64,000 nucleotides of DNA from Gekko japonicus (GCF_001447785.1 NW_015163625.1:61311-125310), one strand, 5' to 3'; shown: positions 1 to 11,812, counted from the stretch's first letter. The notes: generated by a model from the letters alone, not told the origin. Made by a program: numbers and translations.

Positions 1-3000
1 TGCAGAAGATTGGATGGCTGGGTTCACCATTCCAGGGATTGCAGCACCACCGGGGGTGGGGAGAGCACGACCTTGTGTGGATTCATCGCCAAGTTGAAGT
101 TGCGGAGGAACCACAGCTGGAGCAGGCGCATCTTGAGCTTTGCAAAGACCAGCACCGACGTTGTGGAAGCCATCAGACCAAGCAACCGCTGAACCTGGAA
201 CGCCGTAGCTGACAGTTGGGCACGTACCAGGTTGGCCAAAGTGATGATATCTGCGGCCCTGTCCTGAGGGAGGTACGCCATGCAGGAGGTGGAATCTAGG
301 ATGGCGCCAATGTACCGAATCTGTTGCATTGGACACAATAGGGACTTCGGATGATTGACCATGAGGCCAAGAGTGCTCAGAAGGGACAGCGCTTCCTCGA
401 CGTTGGCTAACAGTGTCTGTCGGGAAGATCCCACTAGCAACCAGTCGTCTATGTACGGGTATACAGATATTCCTCTCAAACACAGGAAGGCTGCGACGAC
501 GATCATAGTCTTCGTAAATACCCGTGGGGCGCTGGAAAGGCCAAAAGGAAGAGCCGTGTACTGGTAGTGGTGGTGGCCAATTGCGAATCTCAGGAATTGG
601 CGGTGGGAGGGGTGGATTGTGACATGGAAGTAAGCGTCCTGGAGGTCGAGGGTGGCCATCCAGATGCCCCCCTGGAGTAACGGCAAGATCTGCTGCAGGG
701 ACACCATGCGGAAGCGGTGGTAAGTGACGAACCTGTTCAGTTCTCTGAGGTCTAGGATGGGACGAAGACCTCCATCCCTCTTCGGGACTGTGAAATATCG
801 GGAATAGAATCCCGTGTGCTGGAACTGAGATGGAACGGGTTCGATAGCTCCCTTCTGCAGAAGGAGGGACACCTCCTTGAGGAGAGGTGGGGAGGGTGGG
901 GTGAGGACGACTGTGGGTGTTCGGGGTGAACGATCGAATTGGATCCTGTAGCCGTGGGTTATGATGGAGGACCCACTCGTCCGAAGTGACGTGGCGCCAG
1001 AAACGGATGAAGGGAAACAGACGGGTTTGTGCTGACTCGGGGACAGGGAAGTCAAAAGCTCTGCTTGGATGACTTGGCCTGCTTGGAACGAGATGTTTGT
1101 GGGGTAGTACCAGCCTTTGTTCTTTGGAAGGAGGACTTCTGGCTGCCAGAATAAGACCTAAGTCTCCATGTGGTGTCTGGAGACTGACGGGACGACGGGA
1201 CTCTCTGCCAAGAGCGGGACGAAGACCTCGGTTTAGCCGAATGCCGGGATGTAGAGGAGATCCCTACCGTGAGGCCTTAATACTCTTGTCCAGATCCTGC
1301 AACGAGGAATCCGTATTGGCATGGAAGAGGCCCAGGCCGTCGAAAGGCATATCCTTGAGCAACAAGCGAGTGTCGAAGGGGAGAGAAGTCGTTCTCAGCC
1401 ATGAATGTCGTCTAAGCACCACCGCCGACACCATGGTCTTTGAGGAGGCTTCTAGGACATGCTTGGTCGTCAACAACTGCTGTTTAGCGACCACCATGCC
1501 TTCCTTCTGGAGCAGTTTTGCAAGGGAGAAGCACTAAGAGTTCGGACCTCTTGTCCCACAAGGTGTACTGGTATCGACTCATACAGGCGAGATAGTTTGA
1601 CGCCTTCACAGCCAACGCTCCCGTTGAATAGAAGCGGCGGCCAAAGGCATCCAACTTCTTGCCTTCCCTATCTGAAGGAGCGGAATGTGACTTTTTCGAC
1701 TTGGACGACGAGGTGACGACTAAGGAGTTTGGTTGTGGATGGGAGAGGAGGAACTCTGCTGCAGTTCACTGAATGTGGTACATATGATCTAACTTTTTTG
1801 TAGAGACGGGGGCGGACGATGGTTTGTGCCAAGGGGTTTTTGCGGCTTGTAGCAAGACTGACGACACTGGAAGCTCGACGACTGAGGACGTGTCCAGTTG
1901 GACGATATCATAGAGAGAATCCGTAGATTGAGGATCCGTTTGAACAATTGACAATCCCAATGCGTGGGCCATACGTTTTATGAGGTTGGTGTATGACGAC
2001 AAGTTATCCGACTGGAATATTGGGAGGTTCTGAAACACGTCAGTATTGGGAGACGAATTATCTGGCGACGTTGGGGCTTCGGAAGGCTCGGTATCGGAAC
2101 CAGATTCCGAAGGCTCTGAAGACTCGGGTTCCCCAGCCGGGGCAGGTTGACGAGGAGATGGAGCAGGCGGCTGGATTGGTGCAGCCGGTGTGTGCTCCAA
2201 ATGCTTCCGAGGAGGAGGTTGGGCGGTAGATGTTCCCGACGGTGGAACATTGTCCGGTTGGGGAGGACGAGAGACCATAGCAGATGGTCTAGATCGCCTT
2301 GGAGAACGAGACCTGTGGGAAGATCGACATGAGTATCTGTCCCAGTCAGTGTATCCCGTATGGCCGAGCCAAGGCATAGGAGGATGGTAAGGACCGTACA
2401 GGTAACGGAACTGCCTTTCATTCCAAGACATCGGAGGCGGCATGCACGACCTCGGGGAACGGCTCCTCAACCTTGGACGACGTGGGGAAAACCTTGACGG
2501 AAGAGCATACGTGCCTCTTCTACAGTCAAAGGCGTCGATATCGACAGACTCAGGCGACATACGGGGAGGCTGAGTCGGTGTCGGGCGGCTCTGAGACGAT
2601 CGAAGCCAACGAGCTCGTTGGACCAGGGGAAGACTCCGCACCCAGCTNNNNNNNNNNNNNNNNNNNNNNNNNNNNNNNNNNNNNNNNNNNNNNNNNNNNN
2701 NNNNNNNNNNNNNNNNNNNNNNNNNNNNNNNNNNNNNNNNNNNNNNNNNNNNNNNNNNNNNNNNNNNNNNNNNNNNNNNNNNNNNNNNNNNNNNNNNNNN
2801 NNNNNNNNNNNNNNNNNNNNNNNNNNNNNNNNNNNNNNNNNNNNNNNNNNNNNNNNNNNNNNNNNNNNNNNNNNNNNNNNNNNNNNNNNNNNNNNNNNNN
2901 NNNNNNNNNNNNNNNNNNNNNNNNNNNNNNNNNNNNNNNNNNNNNNNNNNNNNNNNNNNNNNNNNNNNNNNNNNNNNNNNNNNNNNNNNNNNNNNNNNNN

Positions 3001-3520
3001 NNNNNNNNNNNNNNNNNNNNNNNNNNNNNNNNNNNNNNNNNNNNNNNNNNNNNNNNNNNNNNNNNNNNNNNNNNNNNNNNNNNNNNNNNNNNNNNNNNNN
3101 NNNNNNNNNNNNNNNNNNNNNNNNNNNNNNNNNAGGGGTGGGGGGGGGGGGGGGCAGCGGCCCGAAGTAATTTTACCTGACGACGAAAAACAAAAACTCT
3201 CCTTTAAAAAAAAAAAAACGACAAGAAAAAGGAAAACAGAAGAGAAACTGAGAGAAAAAACGAGAGCTGATCACGAAAAGTGACCAAAAACAGCGATCCG
3301 GCCAGACCTCTCAAAGAAAAGTCTGCTAAGCGCGGCGGTAAGGAAAGAACTGGCGGGATGTCCGTGCCTGCCCTTCTGGGCATGCTCACTGGGGCTCCTG
3401 AGCATGCTCAGTTGGGCCAGGCATGAAAATCCTTTTAAGAGAGCTTGCTACGGCACCGGCAGATCCAGCGCAGGCGCACTAGATCCCATTGGTGTGAAGC
3501 ACAGAGACTATGAAGAAGAT
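1..3520 (-). mobile_element. DIRS1-type retrotransposon copy A (5' part: ITR, gag, RT; 3' part outside window)
   Basis: RT ORF 24-1055 (FYSRYFTVPKRDGGLRPILDLR, LDLQDAYFH, ALPFGLSSAP, YIDD). DIRS gag C-terminal motif DMPFDGLGLF. Terminal repeat ~3330-3520 ends GAAGAT and closely resembles 41060-41245 of copy D. Contains N gap 2648-3133. Confidence 0.93.
2648..3133. other. assembly gap (N run)
   Basis: N bases. Confidence 1.
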
Positions 3521-6500
3521 CTGATGGTTTCTGCCTATCCATTCCATGGAGATCAACTCTTTGGAGACGCTCTGGACATAATTTTAGTGGAGACATGAGA
3601 CAAAAAGAAGGCCATTCCTAGGAATTTTCGCCAAACGGAGCGGAGGAATACGCATTCCTTTCACTCACAACATACCCTGACCAGGTTTTGTCCGGACCAG
3701 AAGAAGGGCAATTGGAGCTTGTCAAAGCCTCCCAACAGAAGGGGACAGTACAACACCAAGTTCAACAAGTCTCCATTCAACAGATCTGACCGAGGGGACC
3801 GAGACTCTAAACCCAAACAGGCATGACTGCGTTTCTCTCCCGGTGGGGGCAGGTCTTCTCTTCTTTGCTGCGGCCTGGACAGAAGCACAACCAGATGTCT
3901 GGGCACAGGAAGTAGTGTCCCACGGTTACACAATAGAGTTTTGATGCACCCCTCCAGAAAAAATTGTGGTCTCGCCTGTCAGCAAGTCCATTGCCAAAAG
4001 ATCTTTGGCCAACAGGGTGCTCCAACATCTATTAGACATCCAGGCCATAGAGCCTGTTCCTCCGTCAGAGCAAGGACGCGGGGTCTACTCAATTCTTTTT
4101 CTGGTCCCCAAGAGGAATGGCGAATGGAGGGCCATACTGAACCTAAAGTTCCTCAACAGGTTCATCAGGCTTCACCATTTCAGAATGGAGACACTCAGAT
4201 CTATCATGGAGAACTTGCTGCCTGGCGATTTCCTATCATCCATAGACCTCACGGAGGTCTATCTCCATGTCCCCATTCATCAGACTCACAAGAGGTTTCT
4301 CCGTTTTTGTGTCAGACGTCATTTTCAGTACCGGGCACCAATGTTCCCTACAAGCTGTGAAGTACTGTGAGCAAAAATTCTACTTTGTGAGCTACTGGCA
4401 ATAAAGTTGTGAGCAAGTAATTTGGCTGCTGCATAAATTAGTTTGCTCTGGAGCCATCCTTCCTCAGCTAAGATAAAAACGTGTGAGCTGGAGACTAAAA
4501 AACAGTGAGCTAGCTCACAATAACTCAGCTTAGAGGGAACAGTGCCGAGCACTACCGTTCAGTCTCTCAACAGGCCCAGACTGTTTTCCAAGCTTCTCAT
4601 CAATCTGGTAGTCCATCTCAGGAAACAGGGGATCCACATACACCCCTATTTGGACGACCTGCTGGTGAGGGGCGACAATCTGAATTTGGCCATCTAGAAC
4701 ACCAGAAGGATGCTAGATTGTCTGCAGAAGCATGGCTTCATAGTCAACTTCCACAAGAGTTGCCTTCTACCATCGCGTCAAATCGAGCACCTGGGAGCAG
4801 TAATAGATACTATGTGCAACTCTCTCTTCATGCCTCTAGACAAGGCTACCAAGATTCGAGACATGGCAAGCTCGGTGATTCGGAGTTCTTCGACCACCCT
4901 GATGTCCCTGGCCAGACTTCTGGGTCTGATGATCTCTTGTATAGACTTAACCCAGTGGGCCCACTTCCACTCCAGACTGCTACAGTGGTTCCTCATACCA
5001 TATCAGTGTCAGATCATGGAACACAAAGTCATGAATCTATGCGTCCCAGCGCAAGTCAAGTCCAGCCTTCTTTGGTGGACGAATCCAAAGAATTTGAGAC
5101 AGGGCAAGGTCTACTATACCCTATCTCTCAAGGAAATCTTTACAGATGCCAGTCCCAGGGGCTGGGAGGCGGTCCTGGAGGGGAACTCCATCCAGGGTCG
5201 CTGGTCCAGGGAAGAGCAAAATCTCCCGAGCTGAGAACTGAGAGCAATTTGTCATGCCCTGAATAATTTCAGCCAGGTTCAGCCAGGCACTCCACAGACA
5301 ACACGGTCTGAACGGACAACATCTCGGCCAAGGTGTACCTCAACAACCAGGGCGGTTCCAGATCCTCCCACCTTCATTGGGAGGCAGTACAGATTCTCAA
5401 CTGGGCCGAGAAGAATGTAACATCGGTCCGGGCTGAGCACGTGAAAGGTGTCACCAATGTTCAGGCGAACTGGCTCAGCCGGGAAACCATCCTCGAGGGG
5501 GAATGGACTCTCCACCCGAGTCTGTTCAGCTTCATCGTGCAGCATCTAGGACAACCACTGGTGGCCCTCTTTGCGTCTCCAGAGAACCATCAAATATCCC
5601 GGTTCTTCACGAGATACCACCACCTGGAAGCAGCAGCGACAGATGCGCTCACTGATCCTTGGCCCCAAGGGCTTCTCTATGCTTTTTCACCACTCCTGCT
5701 GATCCCAAGAACTATCTGTGGGATTCGGGAGGAGAGGGCACAAGTCATCCTGGTGGCTCCTCTATGGGCTCACAGTCCATGGTATTCAGCTCTGTTGGAA
5801 CTAGCCATTCTTCCTCCTCTACCTTTACCGAAGTCTCCAGAGATGTTACTGCAGGGTCCCATCTGGTATCCCCATCCGGAATGGCTCTGTCTGACTGCCT
5901 GGAGATTGAGTGGCAACAACTCACTCAATTAGGATATTCTCCACAAGTGATGGACACTATTCTAGCTTCCAGGTGGCAATCCACATCCGTATCTACAACA
6001 CAACCTGGAAGGCATTTGTCAGATAGTATAGGAGAAAGAAGATCAACAACCTATCACCCACAGTAGCATCCGTCTTATCTTTTCTGCAGGATGGCTTGGA
6101 TTCCGGGTTGAAGGTTTCAACCTTTCGTAGTCACATCTTCCACTGATCTCAGGAGGTATATTTACCTACATTTTGTCCCAATCCTAAACACCCTAAGGAG
6201 GTCCTATGGCATACTCTGGATGTTAGACGTGCTCTGAAGATTTATATTCTCAGAACGGAGCCAATCAGGAAGACGGACTTTATGTTCATCAACATTTCTC
6301 CACTCAGAACAGGTGACAGAATGTCCAAGATGTCTATCAGCATGGTTCTCAGATCCTGCATCTCAGAGCCCTACAAAGCGGCCGGGTTGGATGTTCCGAA
6401 GGGAATTACAGTGCATTCCCTGAGAATTGCTTCTACCAACGGAGCCTTTTCCAATTGAGCGACTGTCGAGGAAGTATGTAGAGCATCGACCTGGGCTTCT

Positions 6501-7065
6501 ATTTCCACGTTCGTCCGGCACTATAAATTGAACACATTTGCTTCGGCTGATGCAGCGTTTGGGAGAAGAGTTCTCCAGGACATCCTGAATTCGGCCGACC
6601 AAATGAGGGACACTGCTCTGGGAGGTCCCATTGAGATGTCTTCCACCTCAGAGGTAGAACAGCCATTGGCACTTACCATGAAGGGTCCTTCTCCTCTGAG
6701 GTCAGGAAGACATCTCGGCCCTCCCATTCTTCATCATCTTGCTGTGCTGCTCTCTTCTTCCCTATGTTTTCTCTTTCCTTCTGTCACGCCATCTACCTCC
6801 TGGGGAGGTAAGCGTGGAAACTGTATTATAGTTCATGTTAACAATGTTAGCACGTTTATCTGTTTCTGCACAGGAGAGTTATTTTAGTTAGCGTCTTAAT
6901 GCTTGCGGAGTCCCAGAACTGAGGGCGGGGCTATTCCCAAGGCACCAAGAGGAAGGAGGAAAAAGTGTTTCCTGCCTCCCTGAAGGAATGATGGTAATAA
7001 CCCACGGAGATGTCCTCCTGACCTCAGAGGAGAAGGACCCTTCACGGTAAGTGCAAATGGCCATT
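3521..7065 (+). mobile_element. DIRS1-type retrotransposon copy B (different family; 3' part: gag end, RT, RNase H, MT, YR, ICR, right ITR), degenerate
   Basis: gag end YPFHGDQLFG; RT from ~3900 (YLDD at ~4650); RNase H FTDAS and YLNNQGGSRS; MT-like LFAS..LLYAF at ~5560-5900; YR remnants ~5930-6590; 6662-6716 is the reverse complement of 7007-7061 (ICR versus terminus). Confidence 0.92.
4339..4544. mobile_element. hAT-like MITE inserted in RT of DIRS copy B
   Basis: TIRs CAATGTTCCCTACAAGCTG / CAGCTTAGAGGGAACAGTG; 8-bp TSD CCGGGCAC / CCGAGCAC. Confidence 0.88.
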
Positions 7066-7079
7066 CTGCAGAGCATAAG

Positions 7080-7320
7080 AAACTGACATGTAAGTTCATA
7101 TAGGGACAGGGAAAGATGGTCCTTCAGATATGCAGATCTCAGACTTTGAAAGGTCTTAAAAGGTAAAAACTTGCACCTTGAACAGGAACGAGATGCAAAA
7201 ATGACTTTAAAAACAGTAAAATAACATGATGGCAGCAGTTCTTTCCTATTAATAAACAAGCAGATCTAGCTGAAGCTTCCTAGGACAGCCCCACACAGTT
7301 TCTCCTGGCAACCTGTTTTT
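7080..7320 (-). mobile_element. old L2-like LINE 3' fragment
   Basis: Minus-strand remnant reading ..FK...SAYLKDHLSL..; resembles L2 fragments at 54300-54560. Boundaries approximate. Confidence 0.5.
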
Positions 7321-7390
7321 TGTTTAGCTGCAAGGTGGGATGTGACAAGACACCTAAGCTCTTCAGAGAATCTACTAGTGATACTGTTAT

Positions 7391-7608
7391 AAAGTAAAGG
7401 TAAAGGTTCCCTTGCTCGAAAACCAGTCGAATCCGACTTTAGGGTTGCGGTGCTCATCTCCGTTTCAAAGCCGAAGAGCCAGCGCTGTCCGAAGATGTTT
7501 TCGTGGTCATGTGGCCGGCATGACTAAACACCAAGGCGCACGGTACGCTGTTACCTTCCCACCGAAGTGGTACCTATTTATCTACTTGCAATTTCTTGCT
7601 TTCGAACT
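7391..7608 (-). mobile_element. Sauria SINE (partial)
   Basis: (ACCTTT)n tail on minus strand (AAAGGTAAAGGT) and diagnostic core GTGGTCATGTGGCCGGCATGACTAAAC...GTTACCTTCCCACCGAAGTGGTACCTATTTATCTAC. Confidence 0.85.
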
Positions 7609-8309
7609 GTCCAATAAAAGCAAACCAATTCCCTTCAAGGCTTCAAACTTTCATACCAGCAACATCTCTGTGTCTCTTAGATTTAGTTTCAGCTTGTTCT
7701 GCCATCCCCATCTACTTGACAATGATATTGGCCAAGTGGGAAGACTGCAGCTTCTGGAAGTTTAGCCAAAGAAATGCACAGTTGTGCTCCATTAGCACAT
7801 TGATGATATTCAATTATAAAGCTGCCAAATTATTATCATTCAGTAGATAAATGTAAGTACTGAACACAAGACTCTGGATCTTTTAACAGATAAAAAAGAC
7901 TGAAACTAATGAAGAGCCATTCCTTTTATTTCCATCAACCTCTCCAGTCACTGTAACAAGACTATGATCCATTGTATCAAGGGCATTACACAGATGCAAA
8001 AGCAATGTCAAAATTTCTTTAGCAAGTTGTAAACCAATCTTTGCCTCAATGCCAGGCTTAAACACAGATTATATATACCAGCTGTATGCAGCAGTTCTGC
8101 CACCATCAGCTTAGTCACCTTAACCTAAAAAGGGGAGATGTGAAACAGGCCTAAAATGGGCCACATAATCTTTTGCTAATTATGGTTTTCTTCAGTACAA
8201 GCTTTATCACTACCTCCTTTGTGGGGAGGCAGTGGCTGCAACAAAGAAAACCTACTTCTCGCATCAGCTAGTTCTCACACCAGAGCAGTTGTTTAAGGTC
8301 TTTCACCAC

Positions 8310-9614
8310 TAGGGATGGGCATAGACCAGAAAAATAGAGGTTCGTCTGGTTGGTCATTCATAGGTTTCACGGACCGTGTATTTCACAAGCATTTTTGTTT
8401 AACAGACCAGTCTGTGGCTTGTGCAGTCCGTGACTTCTGGATGTGCTGGAATGCCCCCCCCCCACATAGGATAGAGACACCAAACTCACAGGGAGTCCCC
8501 AGCTGTCTCTCCTCTACATGTCTTCCAAGTTTGGTGAGGATTGGATTTAGGGGGGCTGAGTTACAGCCCCCCCAGAAAAGTGCTCTTTGGGGAAATCACA
8601 GCCACGGGTTCAGGGGTGTGTCAAATCCCCCCCCCCGGTAAGCTAAAGGCAAAAGGGGGGGGGTCTAGTGAGGATGGCCCTCTACCTTCCCTCCAGGTGC
8701 CTTGCATATTGGCATCGGGGGGGGGGGGAGAGATCCTAGGGTCCAATGTGGAAAAGGGGAAGAAATCTGTCAAATGCCCCCCCCCCCAATGCTAGAGTCA
8801 TCAAAGTTGTAGTGGCCCTCCCTGGGATGGCCCTCTACCTGCCCTCCAAGTTGCCTGTAGATTGGCATTGGGGGAGGGGGAAGATTCTATGGTCCAAGGT
8901 GCAAAAGGGGAAGGAGTCTGTCAAAGCCCCTCCCCAAGCTAGAGGCATCAAAGTCACAGCAGACCTCCCCCGGATGGCCCTCTACCACCTCTCCAAGTTG
9001 TGTGCAGACTGGCATTGGGGGAGGGGGAAGATTCTATGGTCCAAGGTGCAAAAGGGGAAGGAGTCTGTCAAACACCCTCTCCCCATCAAAGTTGTAGTGG
9101 ACCTCCCTGGGGTGGCCCTCTACCTACCCTCCAAGTTGCCTGCAGATTTTCATTGTGTGTGTGTGGGGGTGTGTGTGTGTGGAGATCCTACAGTCCAATG
9201 TACAAAAGGGGAAGGAGTCTGTCAAACGCCGCCCCCCAGAGGTATCAAAGTCGCTATGGCCTTCTACCTGCCCTCCAAGTTGTGTGCAGACTGGCATTGG
9301 GGGAGGGGGAAAAGATCCTGTCTTCCAATGTGTAAAAGGGGAAAGTGTCTGTCAAATGCCCCCCCGCAAGCTACAAGCATCAAAGTTGCAGAAGAGTTGT
9401 AGAAGAACATCCCCTCCCCCCAATGGTTGCCTTAACAGTCAATGCCTCCGCGCCAGATTGTCTGGCCCCCATGGACCAAATGGACCACCTGGAAAAATTT
9501 GTGGTCCGTGGGCGGGCTGTTGAAAACTGCAAATGCACGGACTGGGCAAACTGACCACGAACCCCTCCCCCCCAGTCCATAATGAAATTAGGTCCGTGGT
9601 CTGGTCCATGCCTA
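8310..9614. mobile_element. hAT-like non-autonomous element carrying an internal ~150-bp tandem array
   Basis: Starts TAGGGATGGGCATAGACC, ends GGTCCATGCCTA; 8-bp TSD TTCACCAC / TTCACTAC. Confidence 0.75.
8610..9395. repeat. tandem array, ~5.5 units of ~150 bp
   Basis: GTCAAA anchor recurs at ~8621, 8770, 8921, 9068, 9222 and 9352; shared ATGGCCCTCTACCTGCCCTCCAAGTTG and GGCATTGGGGGAGGGGG. Confidence 0.9.
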
Positions 9615-9639
9615 TTCACTACCTTTTGACTCTGAAGTT

Positions 9640-10715
9640 TGAGTCTTTCGATTCTCAGGAACTGCTGATTACCTGTGATAATTTTGGAAAGTTTGTTATT
9701 TTACTGAGAGAATCTCAAGTACACCATCTGGCCTGTTTTTGGATCATTTTGATCCAGTTATCATGAGGGATGTTGACAGGATCTTGGAATCTCTGAAGGT
9801 CACCATAATACTCTGGATCCTTGTCCATCCTGATTGGTAAAATCATGTAAGGATCCAAACAATGAATCCCTGATGTCCATCATAAATCAATCACTGATTT
9901 AGGACATATTTCTTCAGTCTCTAAAACAGGCAGTGATCTGTCCATACTTTAAAAATCAGCACCAGAGAATAATGATGTAGCCAACTACTGTCCAATCTCT
10001 AATTTGCTCTTTTCTGGGCAAGATGATTAAGAGAGGCTGCAGAACTACTCCAGATCCTCCTGGATGACTCAGCTGCTTTAGACCCCCTTTCAGGCTGGGT
10101 TATGGGACCGAGACATCGCTGATAGCTTTAGTTGATTATTACTGTCTGAATATGGACAAGAGTTGTGTCTCTTTGCTGCTCTTACCAGATTTATTAGCCG
10201 CCTTTGATACTGTGGACCATGCCATCTTGTTGAGGCATTTGGAGGTATAAATGGGGATTAAAAGATACACACTGGATTGGTTTAATTGTTCCTTACAGAG
10301 AGGACTCATAGGATTGCTGTTAACCAGCTGTTGTCAGTGTAGGACTTGTCTTACAGGGCTCAGTCCTATTCCCTATGCTATTTCATCTTTATGATAAAGC
10401 CATTTGGATAAATAATTTGTGGTTTTGCAGTAGGTTGTCTTCAGTGCTGATGAAACCCAGTTATAAATTTCTTTATCCAAACTGCCTAGTGATGCTGAGA
10501 GGTCTGGAGGTGCTGTTTGACTGCTGCAGTTAAACAATGAACAAGTTGAAACTGAATCCTGACAAGATAGCAAGCTGAGGTCTTGGAGGACACTAAACTT
10601 CTCACATTTGATGGGGCCTAGATGAGACTCGCTGACTCAGTCAAGAGCCTAAGGGTTATACTGGACCCAGAATTACTACTGGAGAATTAAGTTAACTGCG
10701 GCTGCAAAAAATGCT
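9640..10715 (+). mobile_element. degenerate L2-clade LINE RT fragment
   Basis: DL.AAFDTVDH at ~10190 and (Y)AD(D/E)TQL at ~10445; many stops. Confidence 0.75.
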
Positions 10716-10730
10716 GTCTAAAGTGCTTAC

Positions 10731-10798
10731 CTGAGATGATATTAAACATCCTTGGATTTAGAATGGCAGGACAAATCAGCCGAAGAAAAACAAAGCCA
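10731..10798 (-). CDS. RASA1: RASA1 exon 21 (68 nt), GAP FLR motif
   Basis: GFVFLRLICPAILNPRMFNIIS; AG/GTAAGC. Confidence 0.96.
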
Positions 10799-11394
10799 CT
10801 GAAAAGAAGAAAAATGATGTGTCTTTACTCAGTATCTCAATAAGTATGCTATACAGAAATATAAAATAGGTTTGTGAAAATACTTATTTAGGGTATCATT
10901 CTTTAATAACAACACTATTCTAATCTCTTGGCTTCTTACTGCAATTAAGACAGCCATGGAATCTCACCTTCACCCCAAAGTGGGATACATACACGTGACA
11001 ATTTTGCCATACATCTGTACCCAACGTTTGGTAAAATTCACTGTACTGCTTAGCAGGATATAAAAGCCCACATGGATTTACCCATGGTGAACGTTTCCCA
11101 TCAGAGTAGTTTGGAATTTATAACTTTCTACCAAGTAAAATAAATGGCCAACATATCCATTTAGCCAAGCAGTTTACAAAGCAGTTACAGGTACACCATA
11201 AGTAACCACTTGGCAAGTGGCCATATGAATCCACATAAAGATAAAGCATGCAAATTGTCCTTAGTTGTAAAAGCTGAATAAATTAGAGAACATCATCTAA
11301 GTCTGTAACTCAAATCAGCTCTGCAACATTCAGCCCATCCTGAAGCTGAGACACTGTATTTAAACCAAATAACCACACAACAAAAATCTCTTAC

Positions 11395-11481
11395 CTAACC
11401 ACTCTTGTTCTCATGGTGGTGTTAGCTGGCCACTTGTTCTGAACAGATTTTTGTAAACAACCATAAATATATCTTAATGTC
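11395..11481 (-). CDS. RASA1: RASA1 exon 20 (87 nt), GAP
   Basis: TLRYIYGCLQKSVQNKWPANTTMRTRVV; AG/GTAAG. Confidence 0.96.
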
Positions 11482-11535
11482 CTGTCAAAAGAATGCAACT
11501 ATGAGCTTTAAATATTACATTATTTTAGGTAACTA

Positions 11536-11812
11536 CAGTTTGGTGTAGTGGTTAAGTGTGCGGACTCTAATCTGGGAGAACCAGGTTTGATTCCCCACTC
11601 CTCCACTTGTACCTGCTGATGTGACCTTGGGTCAGTCACAAGCTCTGGCACAGCTGTCCTTGAAAAAGAGCAGTTTGTGTCAGAGTTCTCTCAGCTCCAC
11701 CCACCACACAGGGTTTCTGTTGTGGGGAGGGGAAGGGAAAGGGGTTTGTAAGCCGCTCTGAGACTCCAAGTGAAGGGCGGGGTATAAATCCAATCTCTTC
11801 TTCCTCTTCTCT
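11536..11812 (+). mobile_element. tRNA-derived SINE, Squam3-like (long, gecko-type)
   Basis: A-box TGGTGTAGTGG, B-box-like GGTTTGATTCC, GTAAGCCGCTCTGAGACTC 3' core, (CTT)n-like tail. Confidence 0.85.

Noticed and set aside
2473-3283. Long ORFs 2473-3180 and 2618-3283, and likewise the ORFs spanning 38199-40919
   Set aside because: Their length is an artefact of N gaps. The real coding parts belong to DIRS gag and RT in different frames.
5333-6600. Methyltransferase plus tyrosine recombinase as a phage or bacterial contaminant or HGT
   Set aside because: Both sit in the canonical gag-RT-RH-MT-YR order of DIRS1 elements with ITR/ICR, inside vertebrate introns.
8610-9395. CRISPR-like regular repeats
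   Set aside because: Whole units are homologous (no unique spacers), the context is eukaryotic and there are no cas genes.
8746-9402. 218-aa repetitive ORF (ALYLPSKL..DWHWGRGK)
   Set aside because: It is a translation of the tandem array inside a MITE. Unit lengths are not consistently multiples of 3 and there is no splice or gene context.
7066-10730. RASA1 exon 22 or the neighbouring CCNH gene
   Set aside because: No DSPSPIAARTL-like or cyclin H-like text was found; these must lie left of the window.
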